Origin: Actinomycetes bacterium
GTDB lineage: Bacteria; Actinomycetota; Acidimicrobiia; Acidimicrobiales; JABEUL01
Direction: 5' to 3'
DNA: 64,000 nt
Assembly (NCBI GenBank): GCA_021790815.1
Contig: JAJYFT010000003.1
Span: forward strand, 19,977-83,976
Position numbers and translations under genes: made by a program. Position 1 is the first letter of the stretch; each line of letters starts with the position of its first letter. The notes beneath the pieces are model-generated. The model was not told the origin of the DNA. It worked only from the letters and a program-made list of their open reading frames with translations, and did not search any database. Shown in pieces: positions 9,701 through 20,059 of the stretch.

Positions 9701-10850
9701 AACCATCTCCTGGATAAACAGTTAAGTAGCCACCAGCAGGCACAGTTGAACCCGCTTCAGTTACGTTAGTTACAACTGCGTCTGGGGGATTGGTAGATGA
9801 AGCTAGCGGGATGCTTCCAACACCTGCAACAGGCACATTTATGTCGCTATTTGGCCCTACGGCTGAACTTGTACGAGTATCGATTAGCCTTTGAGGAGAT
9901 ATAGGCACGAATAGAGAGCCTGAAGTTCCCGAGCCAGTTGAATCACTGAACCATCCATTCACGTCAACAATTACGTCAGCATTAGAATTAAATGATTCAA
10001 AATCAACTTTCCCATCGCTTCCCACTGAGACCATAACTCTATTTGCTATCGTTTGCCCTTCTGACCAGTTTAGATTTGATACAACAGGTGCCGAAGTCCC
10101 ATCTGGCCAAATAGTTAAGTACCCACCATTTGCATTTGTATTCGTTGCAGTTACGTTCATTACAACCGCAGACACTCCACTCGACGGGATTCCACCCACT
10201 CCATCTATTTGAATACTCTGCATTTTACTTGCTACTAGAGTACTCCCAGCATATTTACTTGTTGAACCAGTTCTAGTGTCAACTATTCTTGATGGACTAA
10301 GAGGGTAAAAATGACCAGATGCCCCAACAGAAGCTGCAGGAGTTTCATAGTAGCCCTCAAGATCTACGATTAAATTAGCCTGTCCAGCTGACTCATTGGC
10401 GATTGAAATGCTTGCACCGCTTCCAATTTCTACGGTTACAAGATTTGGCACAGTCTGGCCAGCACTAAAGTTCAAATTCGATGTTGTCGGAACCGAATTT
10501 CCAGTTGCGGGCGTGGGGAACACAGTTAAGTACCCAGCGGCCGATGGACTAACTACAGTTACGTTAACGACCACTGCATCAGCTGTCGAAGGTACATCAG
10601 CAGATGGCAAAACAAGATTTGTCACCGAACCAGCAAGCATCGGCGACCCTGAACAAGGAGTAGCGGTTCCTACACGAGTATCACAGATTCTAACTGGAGA
10701 GATAGCAACGTATTTGCCGCCAGGTAGTGTTATTGAGCCTGCAAGAGCCTCCTTGGGTTGCAATCCGAGAAACGATATAAAATACCCAACCATTGTTATA
10801 GCTACAACTCCGATAACAAACGCGGACTTAATTCGTCGCAACTTATTCAT
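6735..10850 (-). CDS. Large secreted surface protein: signal peptide, three PxRxxDTR repeats, nine Cys-paired Ig-like (Big_1-like) domains
   Basis: Basic-hydrophobic-ALA signal; repeats visible in the translation; S/T/G/V/A-rich; AGGAGG SD. Confidence 0.85.
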   Translation of the reverse strand: MNKLRRIKSAFVIGVVAITMVGYFISFLGLQPKEALAGSITLPGGKYVAISPVRICDTRVGTATPCSGSPMLAGSVTNLVLPSADVPSTADAVVVNVTVVSPSAAGYLTVFPTPATGNSVPTTSNLNFSAGQTVPNLVTVEIGSGASISIANESAGQANLIVDLEGYYETPAASVGASGHFYPLSPSRIVDTRTGSTSKYAGSTLVASKMQSIQIDGVGGIPSSGVSAVVMNVTATNTNANGGYLTIWPDGTSAPVVSNLNWSEGQTIANRVMVSVGSDGKVDFESFNSNADVIVDVNGWFSDSTGSGTSGSLFVPISPQRLIDTRTSSAVGPNSDINVPVAGVGSIPLASSTNPPDAVVTNVTEAGSTVPAGGYLTVYPGDGSAPPISSDLNFSSSQIVPNMSVTKLGKGSINVYNALGSTQVVVDADGYFTAASIGTDNVSVIGNTTITPSASSHETVTVLVTTPNGSPVSGDQLSFSTTNGVLGSCGILSTGVTPTTGSNGEFSFTYTASTVAGTCDISVTDFASSGSGQLIISQALNPPVVGFGSAYVNVNSGSSQITISLSLTQDGQPISGTVNLALTGVPAAACGTLSTKTVAIGISGSGTVNYTPGASVGVCQITGTDSSSPSMSGAEVVNQTIAGATSSYSVSIKLLNASLPADGISSTTATVTVTDKNGVPVPNDPVSIYSSSGCAVLSSNGLGTTNSSGQAIFSATASIVQGGCSLDATEATTGGMGTSNLTLTPPPATVSVDAGAVAIPADGTSTTSVLVTVTTDTGPLTLDSVALSSTCGTLSVSSGVTNQEGQLSATLTAPAASGLCVITANESATSMSGETTVAATSATQLSIVSVAPAVVVADGSSTTAVSVTVMNGGSPENGATVGISLVSGVASGCGSLSAYTAITNSSGVASFTYKSSKVMGNCAVTAEESLSGAIGFGSITQLGPPNQVLISVNGSSPSLPLSNVNANDPADPVVISVEDGYGNPIGGAAVSITPLNVTNSVYTTASCGTLGAVSGTTASDGKFVTTYTPIHVGFCAFLVTSPATPGALNVNLVTQASYPASVKNTVTVVRSTPSVLASDTSMVNMEVRVTNPSGIPVVNDPVLVINPSKLPASFGGNPACGGVPSGLQFFGAGVSPFITNANGMVTVPYQASTYIGNCNLLTIEAVSGSGGLASFGQVATPPSAITPSFSVTSASAVVAGGAMVPVTLTVNNGSAGVEGDGISITPAAGSSCGSISSSFMPYTSAKGQVTFDYTPSSSVGFCDLTFTESYTNATYVYALPQVEVATSSKYSVSVVISGSNANVTVDNGNGVGIANDPLSIVPIGCSGVTVGSSTGSTSANGTFTVSFSGTLGSGCDIYVTEAITGGSGTAV

Positions 10851-10927
10851 TCATCCTCCTAATCGAAAAGACCAAACATATAAAATTAAAATATTATAAA
10901 TTGATATGACCCTTACAAATTAAAAGG

Positions 10928-11650
10928 TTAGTCAATAAATAAGAAACTTGCAAGTGCTTTTAACAAATTGAGCGTAATTTTTGCTGTCGCGCCCCATATG
11001 ACCTCCTCTTTTGCGCTGAAAAAATGTATCGGTACTTTATTTTGTGACCAATACTCAACGTGGTAATTCGCTGGATCGTAGAGATCTGTTATCGGGACTG
11101 AAAATACCCGGGAGACTTCATCAGGATTTGGACTGGTTGCAGGTACTTTTTCCATGGTTGAAAGTATCGGAACGATTGAAGCCTCTCCTGAAACTGTCGA
11201 AATAGCATCAAGCGATCCGATAACTTTGACCTCATTAATATTTAGTCCAACCTCTTCATTTGCTTCTCGCAGTGCAGTCTCAATAGGGGATTCATTAATA
11301 TCTTTTCTTCCTCCACAAAATGATACCTGGCCAGAATGTGACCTCAAATTTAGGTTTCGCCGAGTATAGAGAATTTCTGGTCCTGCTTCTGAGTTAAAAA
11401 CCAGGACCAAAACCGCTGCATCTATTTCTTTCATCGGGTGAGAGATTGGGGATGGCCAAGCAGGTCTCACTTCTATAGAGCCGTTTTGTTTTAAAGTTTC
11501 AAAAGATAGCCAGTCCACAAATGAGTTCCAATTAACATTCTTTCGAACTATCTCAGCATTAGCCGATTCTAGCCATAAAAGAGAATCAGCCGGCAAGGAT
11601 TCAATTGAACCTACCGGCTGATCTAAACTTCCGTCCTTACGGAATATCAC
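10928..11650 (-). CDS. Nudix CoA pyrophosphatase (NudL/Pcd1-like)
   Basis: TRRNLNLRSHSGQVSFCGG, ALREANEEVGL, IWGATA; start uncertain. Confidence 0.88.
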   Translation of the reverse strand: MIFRKDGSLDQPVGSIESLPADSLLWLESANAEIVRKNVNWNSFVDWLSFETLKQNGSIEVRPAWPSPISHPMKEIDAAVLVLVFNSEAGPEILYTRRNLNLRSHSGQVSFCGGRKDINESPIETALREANEEVGLNINEVKVIGSLDAISTVSGEASIVPILSTMEKVPATSPNPDEVSRVFSVPITDLYDPANYHVEYWSQNKVPIHFFSAKEEVIWGATAKITLNLLKALASFLFID

Positions 11651-13578
<1,928 letters not shown>

Positions 13579-13602
13579 TTTTTGTCCTCCTTTTCCCAAG
13601 AA

Positions 13603-13657
13603 TTAGCACTCTTACTCCTAGAGTGCTAATCGTAGTAGAGATTTTGCCCCTTTGCAA
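13603..13657 (-). promoter_or_regulatory. CIRCE (HrcA operator) and groESL promoter
   Basis: Perfect TTAGCACTC-N9-GAGTGCTAA at 13603-13629; TTGCAA-17-TACGAT at 13657-13629. Confidence 0.95.
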
Positions 13658-13706
13658 CAAAAATTTAAAAAAAAAATTATATTTTGTATTTATCGAGGTA
13701 GATAGC

Positions 13707-14723
13707 TTACTGAAACCGCATTTTTAAGGATGAATTTGCCCCAACGTAAAGATCGGACAAATCCCCATTTAGGTACTTGAACATCCCTGCAGCCCCAATC
13801 ATCGCTGCATTATCTGTACAGTTTTCTTTCGGTGGCAGCTTCACAGGAATGCCTTTTCTGGCTCCTAACTCAAGCGCTCTGTTACGTAAGAGTGAGTTGG
13901 CTGCCACTCCGCCGCCTAAAATTATAGATTTTGCTCCAACTTCATCGCTTCCAACATCTAAACGTTCAATTAATGAATCAACAACCGTTTTTCTAAAAGA
14001 CGCGGCAACGTCTTCAACCTTCGCCGACCTATTTTTTTCAAGGTATCTAATCACTGAAGTCTTTATCCCGCTAAATGAAAAATTCATTGTCCCAGAGACT
14101 AATGTTTTTGGAAACTTAACGCTATTTTCGTCTCCGGACAAAGATGCCCTGTCAATTTCAGGTCCTCCTGGATAACCAAGTCCTAAACCCCGCGCAACTT
14201 TGTCAAACGCTTCGCCACACGCATCATCGACGGTCTCTCCAATTAGCCTGTACTTACCGGGACTTTTCATTTCAAGCAACAACGTGTGTCCACCTGAGAC
14301 TAACAGAACAATGGCAGGAAGCTCAATTGAATTTTCGGACTCTAAAAAAGGCGCAAACAGGTGACCTTCTAAATGGTTTACCCCAACAAATGGAATATCT
14401 AAACAAAATGCAAGGGCTTTTGCAGCGCTCACTCCAACAAGGAGTGCGCCAATTAATCCCGGTCCAATTGTCGCTGCAACGACATCAATGTCCTTGAGCG
14501 CTACATCACCTTTTTTAAGAGCTAACTCTGTCACCGTTCCAATTCTTTCAAGGTGAGCTCGACTTGCGACTTCTGGAACGACTCCACCAAAAGATGAGTG
14601 TAAGTCTATCTGACTTGAGACAATGGATGATTTAAGTAATACGCTGTCAAAAGTTCCACTGCTTTCAACAACTGCGCAAGCAGTTTCATCACATGACGTT
14701 TCAATTGCTAAAAGTCTAATCAT
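13707..14723 (-). CDS. tsaD: tRNA t6A threonylcarbamoyltransferase
   Basis: IETSCDET, GGVVPEVASRAH, HLEGH, SGGHT, CTDNAAMI. Confidence 0.97.
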   Translation of the reverse strand: MIRLLAIETSCDETACAVVESSGTFDSVLLKSSIVSSQIDLHSSFGGVVPEVASRAHLERIGTVTELALKKGDVALKDIDVVAATIGPGLIGALLVGVSAAKALAFCLDIPFVGVNHLEGHLFAPFLESENSIELPAIVLLVSGGHTLLLEMKSPGKYRLIGETVDDACGEAFDKVARGLGLGYPGGPEIDRASLSGDENSVKFPKTLVSGTMNFSFSGIKTSVIRYLEKNRSAKVEDVAASFRKTVVDSLIERLDVGSDEVGAKSIILGGGVAANSLLRNRALELGARKGIPVKLPPKENCTDNAAMIGAAGMFKYLNGDLSDLYVGANSSLKMRFQ

Positions 14724-14724
14724 A

Positions 14725-15255
14725 CTAGTTTGCTTCTTCCAATAAATTAATCAGAGTTTTCATAGAAGCTTCGCTGCTAAGGTCATGAATCCACATAATC
14801 AATGCGTCCTCATTCTCCTTGACATAATAATTAGGCCGAATACCGACTGGCACAAAACCAACTTTCTCATAAAGATGTTTTGCGGCATCATTGGAAACTC
14901 TAACTTCTAATGTTGCAGATTCAATGCCGATTTTGGATGAATAAGCAAGTAATAGTACTGTAATAGATAATCCAATGCCCATTCTTTTAAACTCGCTCTT
15001 TGTTGCAAGATTTAGAATATGAGCTTCTCCCGCAAAAAACCCAACACCACCGTAGCCAACCACTTCACCTTTTAACTCAGCAACCAGATACAGCCGATCA
15101 AGTTTTAGTTCGCTTCTTAAAAGTCTTTCGCTCCATGGGTCGTTAAACTCTACTTTCTCTATTTTGTGGATTTCCGGAATGTGACTCTCTTGCATCTTTA
15201 CGATTGAGATTTCACCTAACTTGTAGTAAGCAGCGTTCGAGTCAGCCAAAAACAT
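14725..15255 (-). CDS. rimI: Ribosomal-protein N-acetyltransferase
   Basis: LEVRVSNDAA, GIRPNYY, EDALIM; located between tsaB and tsaD. Confidence 0.93.
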   Translation of the reverse strand: MFLADSNAAYYKLGEISIVKMQESHIPEIHKIEKVEFNDPWSERLLRSELKLDRLYLVAELKGEVVGYGGVGFFAGEAHILNLATKSEFKRMGIGLSITVLLLAYSSKIGIESATLEVRVSNDAAKHLYEKVGFVPVGIRPNYYVKENEDALIMWIHDLSSEASMKTLINLLEEAN

Positions 15256-15944
15256 TACCCATTCCCATCGATTTTCATTTTGCTCTTCGTTGCGTCGGGC
15301 TCCCTAAGATAAAGTGGTCTGACTTCGCCAACTTTAAATTCGTTTTTCGTCACTGCTAGTAAACCTAGGCGATCTGCTAATGGAAACTTGGAACAACTAG
15401 TACATATTTCGTAATCAATATTAGATCCAAGTATTTGAATAACTTCGTCCGTCAAATTCCCTACCATAACATATTTTTCAAGGTGGTCAAGCTCACTAAG
15501 CAAATTAAGTGGGTTTACCACATTAACTGTAATATTTTCCAAAAGACCGTCTTTGCCAAGCCTATAAATTCCGTAAAAGATCTCTTGGCGTCTAGCATCT
15601 AGAATCGACATAACAAGACGGTCTGTCGGATCAGAAACCGAACTTGCAAGGACTTCGGTGCTAGTAATACCAGCGATTGGAATCGATAGAGTCTTCGCAA
15701 TTGTGTTTGCAGTAACTATTCCAACTCTTAAACCCGTAAACAAACCTGGCCCAATGTCCACACAAACCGCATCCAAATCATCTTTGGTAACCTTAGTTAG
15801 CTTCAAAATCGAGTCGATTAGTGGAATTATAGTTTCCACATGGAGTTGAGAAAGGTTAATTACTGAAAACCCAACAACCTCGGCATCTACAATGAGCGCT
15901 GCTGACACTGAGGATGAACTCGTTTCTATACTTAGAACTTTCAC
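15255..15944 (-). CDS. tsaB: t6A biosynthesis protein TsaB
   Basis: GPGLFTGLRVG, DARRQE, PLYLR. Confidence 0.95.
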   Translation of the reverse strand: MKVLSIETSSSSVSAALIVDAEVVGFSVINLSQLHVETIIPLIDSILKLTKVTKDDLDAVCVDIGPGLFTGLRVGIVTANTIAKTLSIPIAGITSTEVLASSVSDPTDRLVMSILDARRQEIFYGIYRLGKDGLLENITVNVVNPLNLLSELDHLEKYVMVGNLTDEVIQILGSNIDYEICTSCSKFPLADRLGLLAVTKNEFKVGEVRPLYLREPDATKSKMKIDGNG

Positions 15945-16456
15945 TATTTTGATTCTCTTTCAACTTCCACTCTAAATGCTTCAATAATCTCTGTGCTCCT
16001 TACGTATTCAGTAGTAGAGATCTTAATAATCCTAGAATCTTCATCGCTTAGTTTAGAAGTAATTTCTATATGAAACGTCAGACGAGGTAATTCATTTAAA
16101 AACCTCTCACCCCATTCAACTGCTAAGACTGAGTCGCATGAAACTTCATCTAGACCTAAACCTTCTACCTCATTTGCGTTGTTTAATCTATACATATCAA
16201 CATGGACAAGCGCGATTGAACCTTCATACTTAGTTGCTAGCACAAACGTTGGACTTGTTATATTGTCTTGAATATTAAGTCCTTTCCCAATTCCCTTTAT
16301 AAAGACTGTCTTTCCGGCACCTAAATTGCCGGTAACACAAATTACATCACCGCGTTTTAATATCTTGGAAAACTTTTCACCAAACTCGAAGGTGTCTTGG
16401 CGGTTCAAAGACAACAGTTCAGTAGCATATACGGCAGTCTTTCTTACTTCATCCAT
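15944..16456 (-). CDS. tsaE: t6A ATPase TsaE
   Basis: GNLGAGKT, TSPTF, HVDMYRL, VEW. Confidence 0.95.
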   Translation of the reverse strand: MDEVRKTAVYATELLSLNRQDTFEFGEKFSKILKRGDVICVTGNLGAGKTVFIKGIGKGLNIQDNITSPTFVLATKYEGSIALVHVDMYRLNNANEVEGLGLDEVSCDSVLAVEWGERFLNELPRLTFHIEITSKLSDEDSRIIKISTTEYVRSTEIIEAFRVEVERESK

Positions 16457-16468
16457 GTAACCACCGAT

Positions 16469-17044
16469 TCAGACAGAATTCATAATTTTTTTAGCTCTGA
16501 TAAAATCAGATCTCATCTGGGCTATTAACATTCCACCTGTTCTAAGTGCCGCTGCAGGATGAAATGTTGGAACTACTTTAAAACCGTTAAACTCGTAAGT
16601 TTTCTGGCGCACTTTAACTATTCCATCCTTCACATTGAGAACAGCTTTTGTAGCTGTATTTCCTAACGTGACGATAACTCTGGGTTGAACTAAATCTAAC
16701 TGCGAACTAAGAAAGTGATTGCAACTTAAAACTTCATCTTTTAACGGATTTCTATTTTCTGGAGGACGACATTTAACTACATTTGCAATGTAACATTCTT
16801 CTCTTTTAACTTTTAACTCTTCTTCAATCAGGAGAGTAAGGAGCTTACCCGACCTTCCTACAAAAGGTTCTCCTCGCAGGTCTTCTTCTTGCCCAGGTCC
16901 TTCACCAATAAAGAAAATCTTGGCCGTAGAACTCCCGCTGCCAAATACAACATTTGTTCTGCTCGAATATAATCGGCATGCGACGCAACTTAAAGCGTCT
17001 GCCTTTAGAAGTTCTAGTTTTTGTAACTTTATATCCTGTTTCAT
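16469..17044 (-). CDS. Family-4 (Fe-S) uracil-DNA glycosylase
   Basis: CVACRL, GEGPG, PFVGRSG, KCRPPENR, HPAA. Confidence 0.94.
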   Translation of the reverse strand: MKQDIKLQKLELLKADALSCVACRLYSSRTNVVFGSGSSTAKIFFIGEGPGQEEDLRGEPFVGRSGKLLTLLIEEELKVKREECYIANVVKCRPPENRNPLKDEVLSCNHFLSSQLDLVQPRVIVTLGNTATKAVLNVKDGIVKVRQKTYEFNGFKVVPTFHPAAALRTGGMLIAQMRSDFIRAKKIMNSV

Positions 17045-17054
17045 TGAAAACTTT

Positions 17055-18233
17055 CTACACTACAATTCTTTGCACACGTTGGCCAATTCGAGTAAGAACT
17101 TCGTAATGTATTGTACCAATCTCATCTGCAATATCTTGTGCATCTATTTTGCAGTCTTTTGACCTCCCGATTAGTATTACGTCATCATCTGGTCTAACAT
17201 TCAATCCAGTTACGTCCACCATCAGGTGGTCCATTGTTACTACTCCAGTAATTTTGCAAGGATTATTATTAATTATTACAAAGTAACTACTGCCGTTTCT
17301 GCCTAGTGATCTCGGAATTCCATCCGCATATCCAATTGGGATTGTTGCAATTTCCATATCTCTATCTGCAATAAACTGATGGCCATACGATATTCCTTCT
17401 CCATGCTTGACCATGGAAACCTTTCTAACTTTTGCTTTTAACTCGAGTACTGGTTTCAAACATCCATAACTGTTATTACCCGCAAAAGTAACTTGTTCTT
17501 TAACTACTTGTGACGGATAATATCCATAAACGCCAATTCCAGATCTTGCCATGTCAAAATGTGCCTCTTTAAACATCATCAGACCAGCTGTGTTTGCAAT
17601 ATGTAATTTAACTGAATTACGATCCTTAAATTTAAGCAGTTTAACAAAGTTCTTAAAGCGATTAATTTGTAAACTATTAGCAGCATTGTTTCTCTCATCT
17701 GCACAAGCAAGGTGTGACCAAACGCCTTTTAATTTAAATCGTTGTTCAGCTTCCACTTGCTTTACCAATTGAAATGCTGTTTCCTCTTCCGCCCCTGATC
17801 TATGCATACCGGTTTCAACTTTAATATGGATTGGAATTACCTCTGTCTCCACCATTAAATCGTTTTTAATAAGTTCACCAAAAGCTACGGCACAATCCCT
17901 TAACTTGTTCATGCCTACCGTTGAAGTAATCGTTGGAGTAAGTCCGTGTCTTACAGCTTCTACAAGGCTTTCTGGGTCCGGTTCGGAGAGGAGTAGAATT
18001 TCCGCTTGAATTCCACTATCACGAAGTTCAATACCTTCAGAAACGGTCGCTACACCCAGAGTTTTCACCCCACAATCTTGAGCAACACTCGCAATGTTAA
18101 TGGCCCCATGGCCATACGCGTCCGCTTTAACTACTAAACAAATCTCACAATTGACAGCAAATCTTCTAAGAACCTCAATGTTACTAATTACATTTTTACG
18201 ATTTATTTCAGCATACGCTCGACTAAAGTTCAC
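17055..18233 (-). CDS. alr: Alanine racemase
   Basis: VVKADAYGHG, TGMHR, GYADG. Confidence 0.97.
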   Translation of the reverse strand: MNFSRAYAEINRKNVISNIEVLRRFAVNCEICLVVKADAYGHGAINIASVAQDCGVKTLGVATVSEGIELRDSGIQAEILLLSEPDPESLVEAVRHGLTPTITSTVGMNKLRDCAVAFGELIKNDLMVETEVIPIHIKVETGMHRSGAEEETAFQLVKQVEAEQRFKLKGVWSHLACADERNNAANSLQINRFKNFVKLLKFKDRNSVKLHIANTAGLMMFKEAHFDMARSGIGVYGYYPSQVVKEQVTFAGNNSYGCLKPVLELKAKVRKVSMVKHGEGISYGHQFIADRDMEIATIPIGYADGIPRSLGRNGSSYFVIINNNPCKITGVVTMDHLMVDVTGLNVRPDDDVILIGRSKDCKIDAQDIADEIGTIHYEVLTRIGQRVQRIVV

Positions 18234-19677
18234 GCTTATCCTCGTAACCGCCTGCGAACTCTCTCATTAAACTCACAAATGCACCAGGTATTAGCGTAAC
18301 TAGATCGCTTGCAATTAAACCTTCTGAATCAAATAGTCGACTTAAATACCCATGAAACTGTGCTGACAGGGCAACGGTTTCGATTACGGTCAAAGGATTC
18401 GGTGATGCAAACTGATGCGCTAAAAACCCACATATGAGGCCAAATAGTACATCACCACTGCCTGCTGTTGCTAACCGAGAAGTACCAGATTGAACAAAAA
18501 CTGCTCTCTTAAACCTTTCTGGATTATCCAAGTAGTGTTTTGAATCCACAACGGTTGTAGTTGCACCCTTTAGAAGAATGGTTGAGCTGAGTCTTTCTGA
18601 TTCGTGCAACAAAGAGTTAAAAATGTCTAATGCATTATTTTCTTCTATGAACTTCTTAAACTCCCCTAGATGTGGTGTTAAGACAGTTTCTCTGTTTAGT
18701 TCTCTTCTTCTCTCTAATATTGCTAACGCATTTGGGAATTTCTCTACCACTGCTAAAGCATCTGCGTCGACGATTACAGGAACCTCAACTTCATCAATTA
18801 CTTCTAATGCCTTTCTCAGTGTCTCCTGATCTAAACCAATACCAGGTCCAATCCCTACAACACAACATCTTTCACTTTCACTTATTGCTAATTCAGACCA
18901 GTTACCTTCTCCGGGCAGTGAAACAACCTCACCCATATCTACTGGCGATCCATTCGGTGAAATATGTCTTACCATCCCTGCACCACTTCTAAGAGCAGCG
19001 GAACAAGAAAGCTTTGCCGATCCGTCCATGCCACGAGAACCTGCAATTATTAAGCAGGCACTCTTCCATTTATGATGGTCCCTGTCGAGAGGCTTAAAAA
19101 GTCTTAAGGTATCACGATCTTCAGCAAGTAAATACTCGCTCTCACCAATTTCTAAACCAATGTCATAAGTTCTAATTTTTCCGGCATAACTCGGTCCATC
19201 ACCAATTAATTGTCCAACTTTCATTGCCTGGAAAGTTAGTGTTTCGTCTGCCCTAACAGCATGTGAGTACGCATTACCTGTTTCACCATCAAGCCCTGAA
19301 GGAATATCAACTGCCAAAATTGGTACTTTACTTTGAACGCTTGGTGAAACGTATTCCCGTTTTAGCCCCGTCCCAAAAGCCGCGTCTACAACTAAATCGC
19401 AGTCAAATTCTCCAAAACCACTTACTTGATCAAGACTTAAAACCGTAACCTTGCAGCCTCTTTTTTTTAAATGATAAGCTGCAACTTTACCGTCTTCACC
19501 GTTGTTTCCTGGACCAGCCACAATAATTACTTTTTTCCCATAACAAGATCCTAGGATTTTGATCGAAGCTTGAGCTACTCCAAATCCTGCACGATCGATA
19601 AGAACTTTTAGTGGGGCATTTTTAGCGAACTCTTCATCCATACTTTTCGCATGGCTTACCGAAATTACCTTTTGCAT
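18223..19677 (-). CDS. nnr: Bifunctional NAD(P)HX epimerase/dehydratase
   Basis: GPGNNGEDG, DIPSG, DADAL, TPHLGE, ATAGSGDVL. Confidence 0.94.
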   Translation of the reverse strand: MQKVISVSHAKSMDEEFAKNAPLKVLIDRAGFGVAQASIKILGSCYGKKVIIVAGPGNNGEDGKVAAYHLKKRGCKVTVLSLDQVSGFGEFDCDLVVDAAFGTGLKREYVSPSVQSKVPILAVDIPSGLDGETGNAYSHAVRADETLTFQAMKVGQLIGDGPSYAGKIRTYDIGLEIGESEYLLAEDRDTLRLFKPLDRDHHKWKSACLIIAGSRGMDGSAKLSCSAALRSGAGMVRHISPNGSPVDMGEVVSLPGEGNWSELAISESERCCVVGIGPGIGLDQETLRKALEVIDEVEVPVIVDADALAVVEKFPNALAILERRRELNRETVLTPHLGEFKKFIEENNALDIFNSLLHESERLSSTILLKGATTTVVDSKHYLDNPERFKRAVFVQSGTSRLATAGSGDVLFGLICGFLAHQFASPNPLTVIETVALSAQFHGYLSRLFDSEGLIASDLVTLIPGAFVSLMREFAGGYEDKREL

Positions 19678-20042
19678 ATAGCAACCATTGCAACTGCTAA
19701 CGTGTCGGTGTGAGATATTGACAGGTCAATATTTATTCCAAACAAACTTTCGAATTTATCTTTAGCTCTTCCATTCAAAACTACGTAAGGCTTGCCGTTA
19801 GAGTTTTTTAATATCTCCACCTCCTGAAAGTCTACCCCTCCGAGACCAAGAGACATTGCCTTCCACGTAGCCTCTTTCGCAGCAAATCTAGACGCAAACT
19901 TTAAAGATGGATTTGCAACCCTTCCAACTAGATTAATTTCTTTCTCACTAAATAGACGGCTTATTAGTCGAGGATGCCTTTCCACCGACCTTTGAAATCT
20001 TGCTATTTCAATTATGTCAACTCCAACTGAAACTTTTGTCAT
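19665..20042 (-). CDS. acpS: Holo-ACP synthase
   Basis: GVDIIEI, RFAAKEA, SISHT. Confidence 0.96.
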   Translation of the reverse strand: MTKVSVGVDIIEIARFQRSVERHPRLISRLFSEKEINLVGRVANPSLKFASRFAAKEATWKAMSLGLGGVDFQEVEILKNSNGKPYVVLNGRAKDKFESLFGINIDLSISHTDTLAVAMVAICKR

Positions 20043-20059
20043 AATGCAAATTCTCTTAC

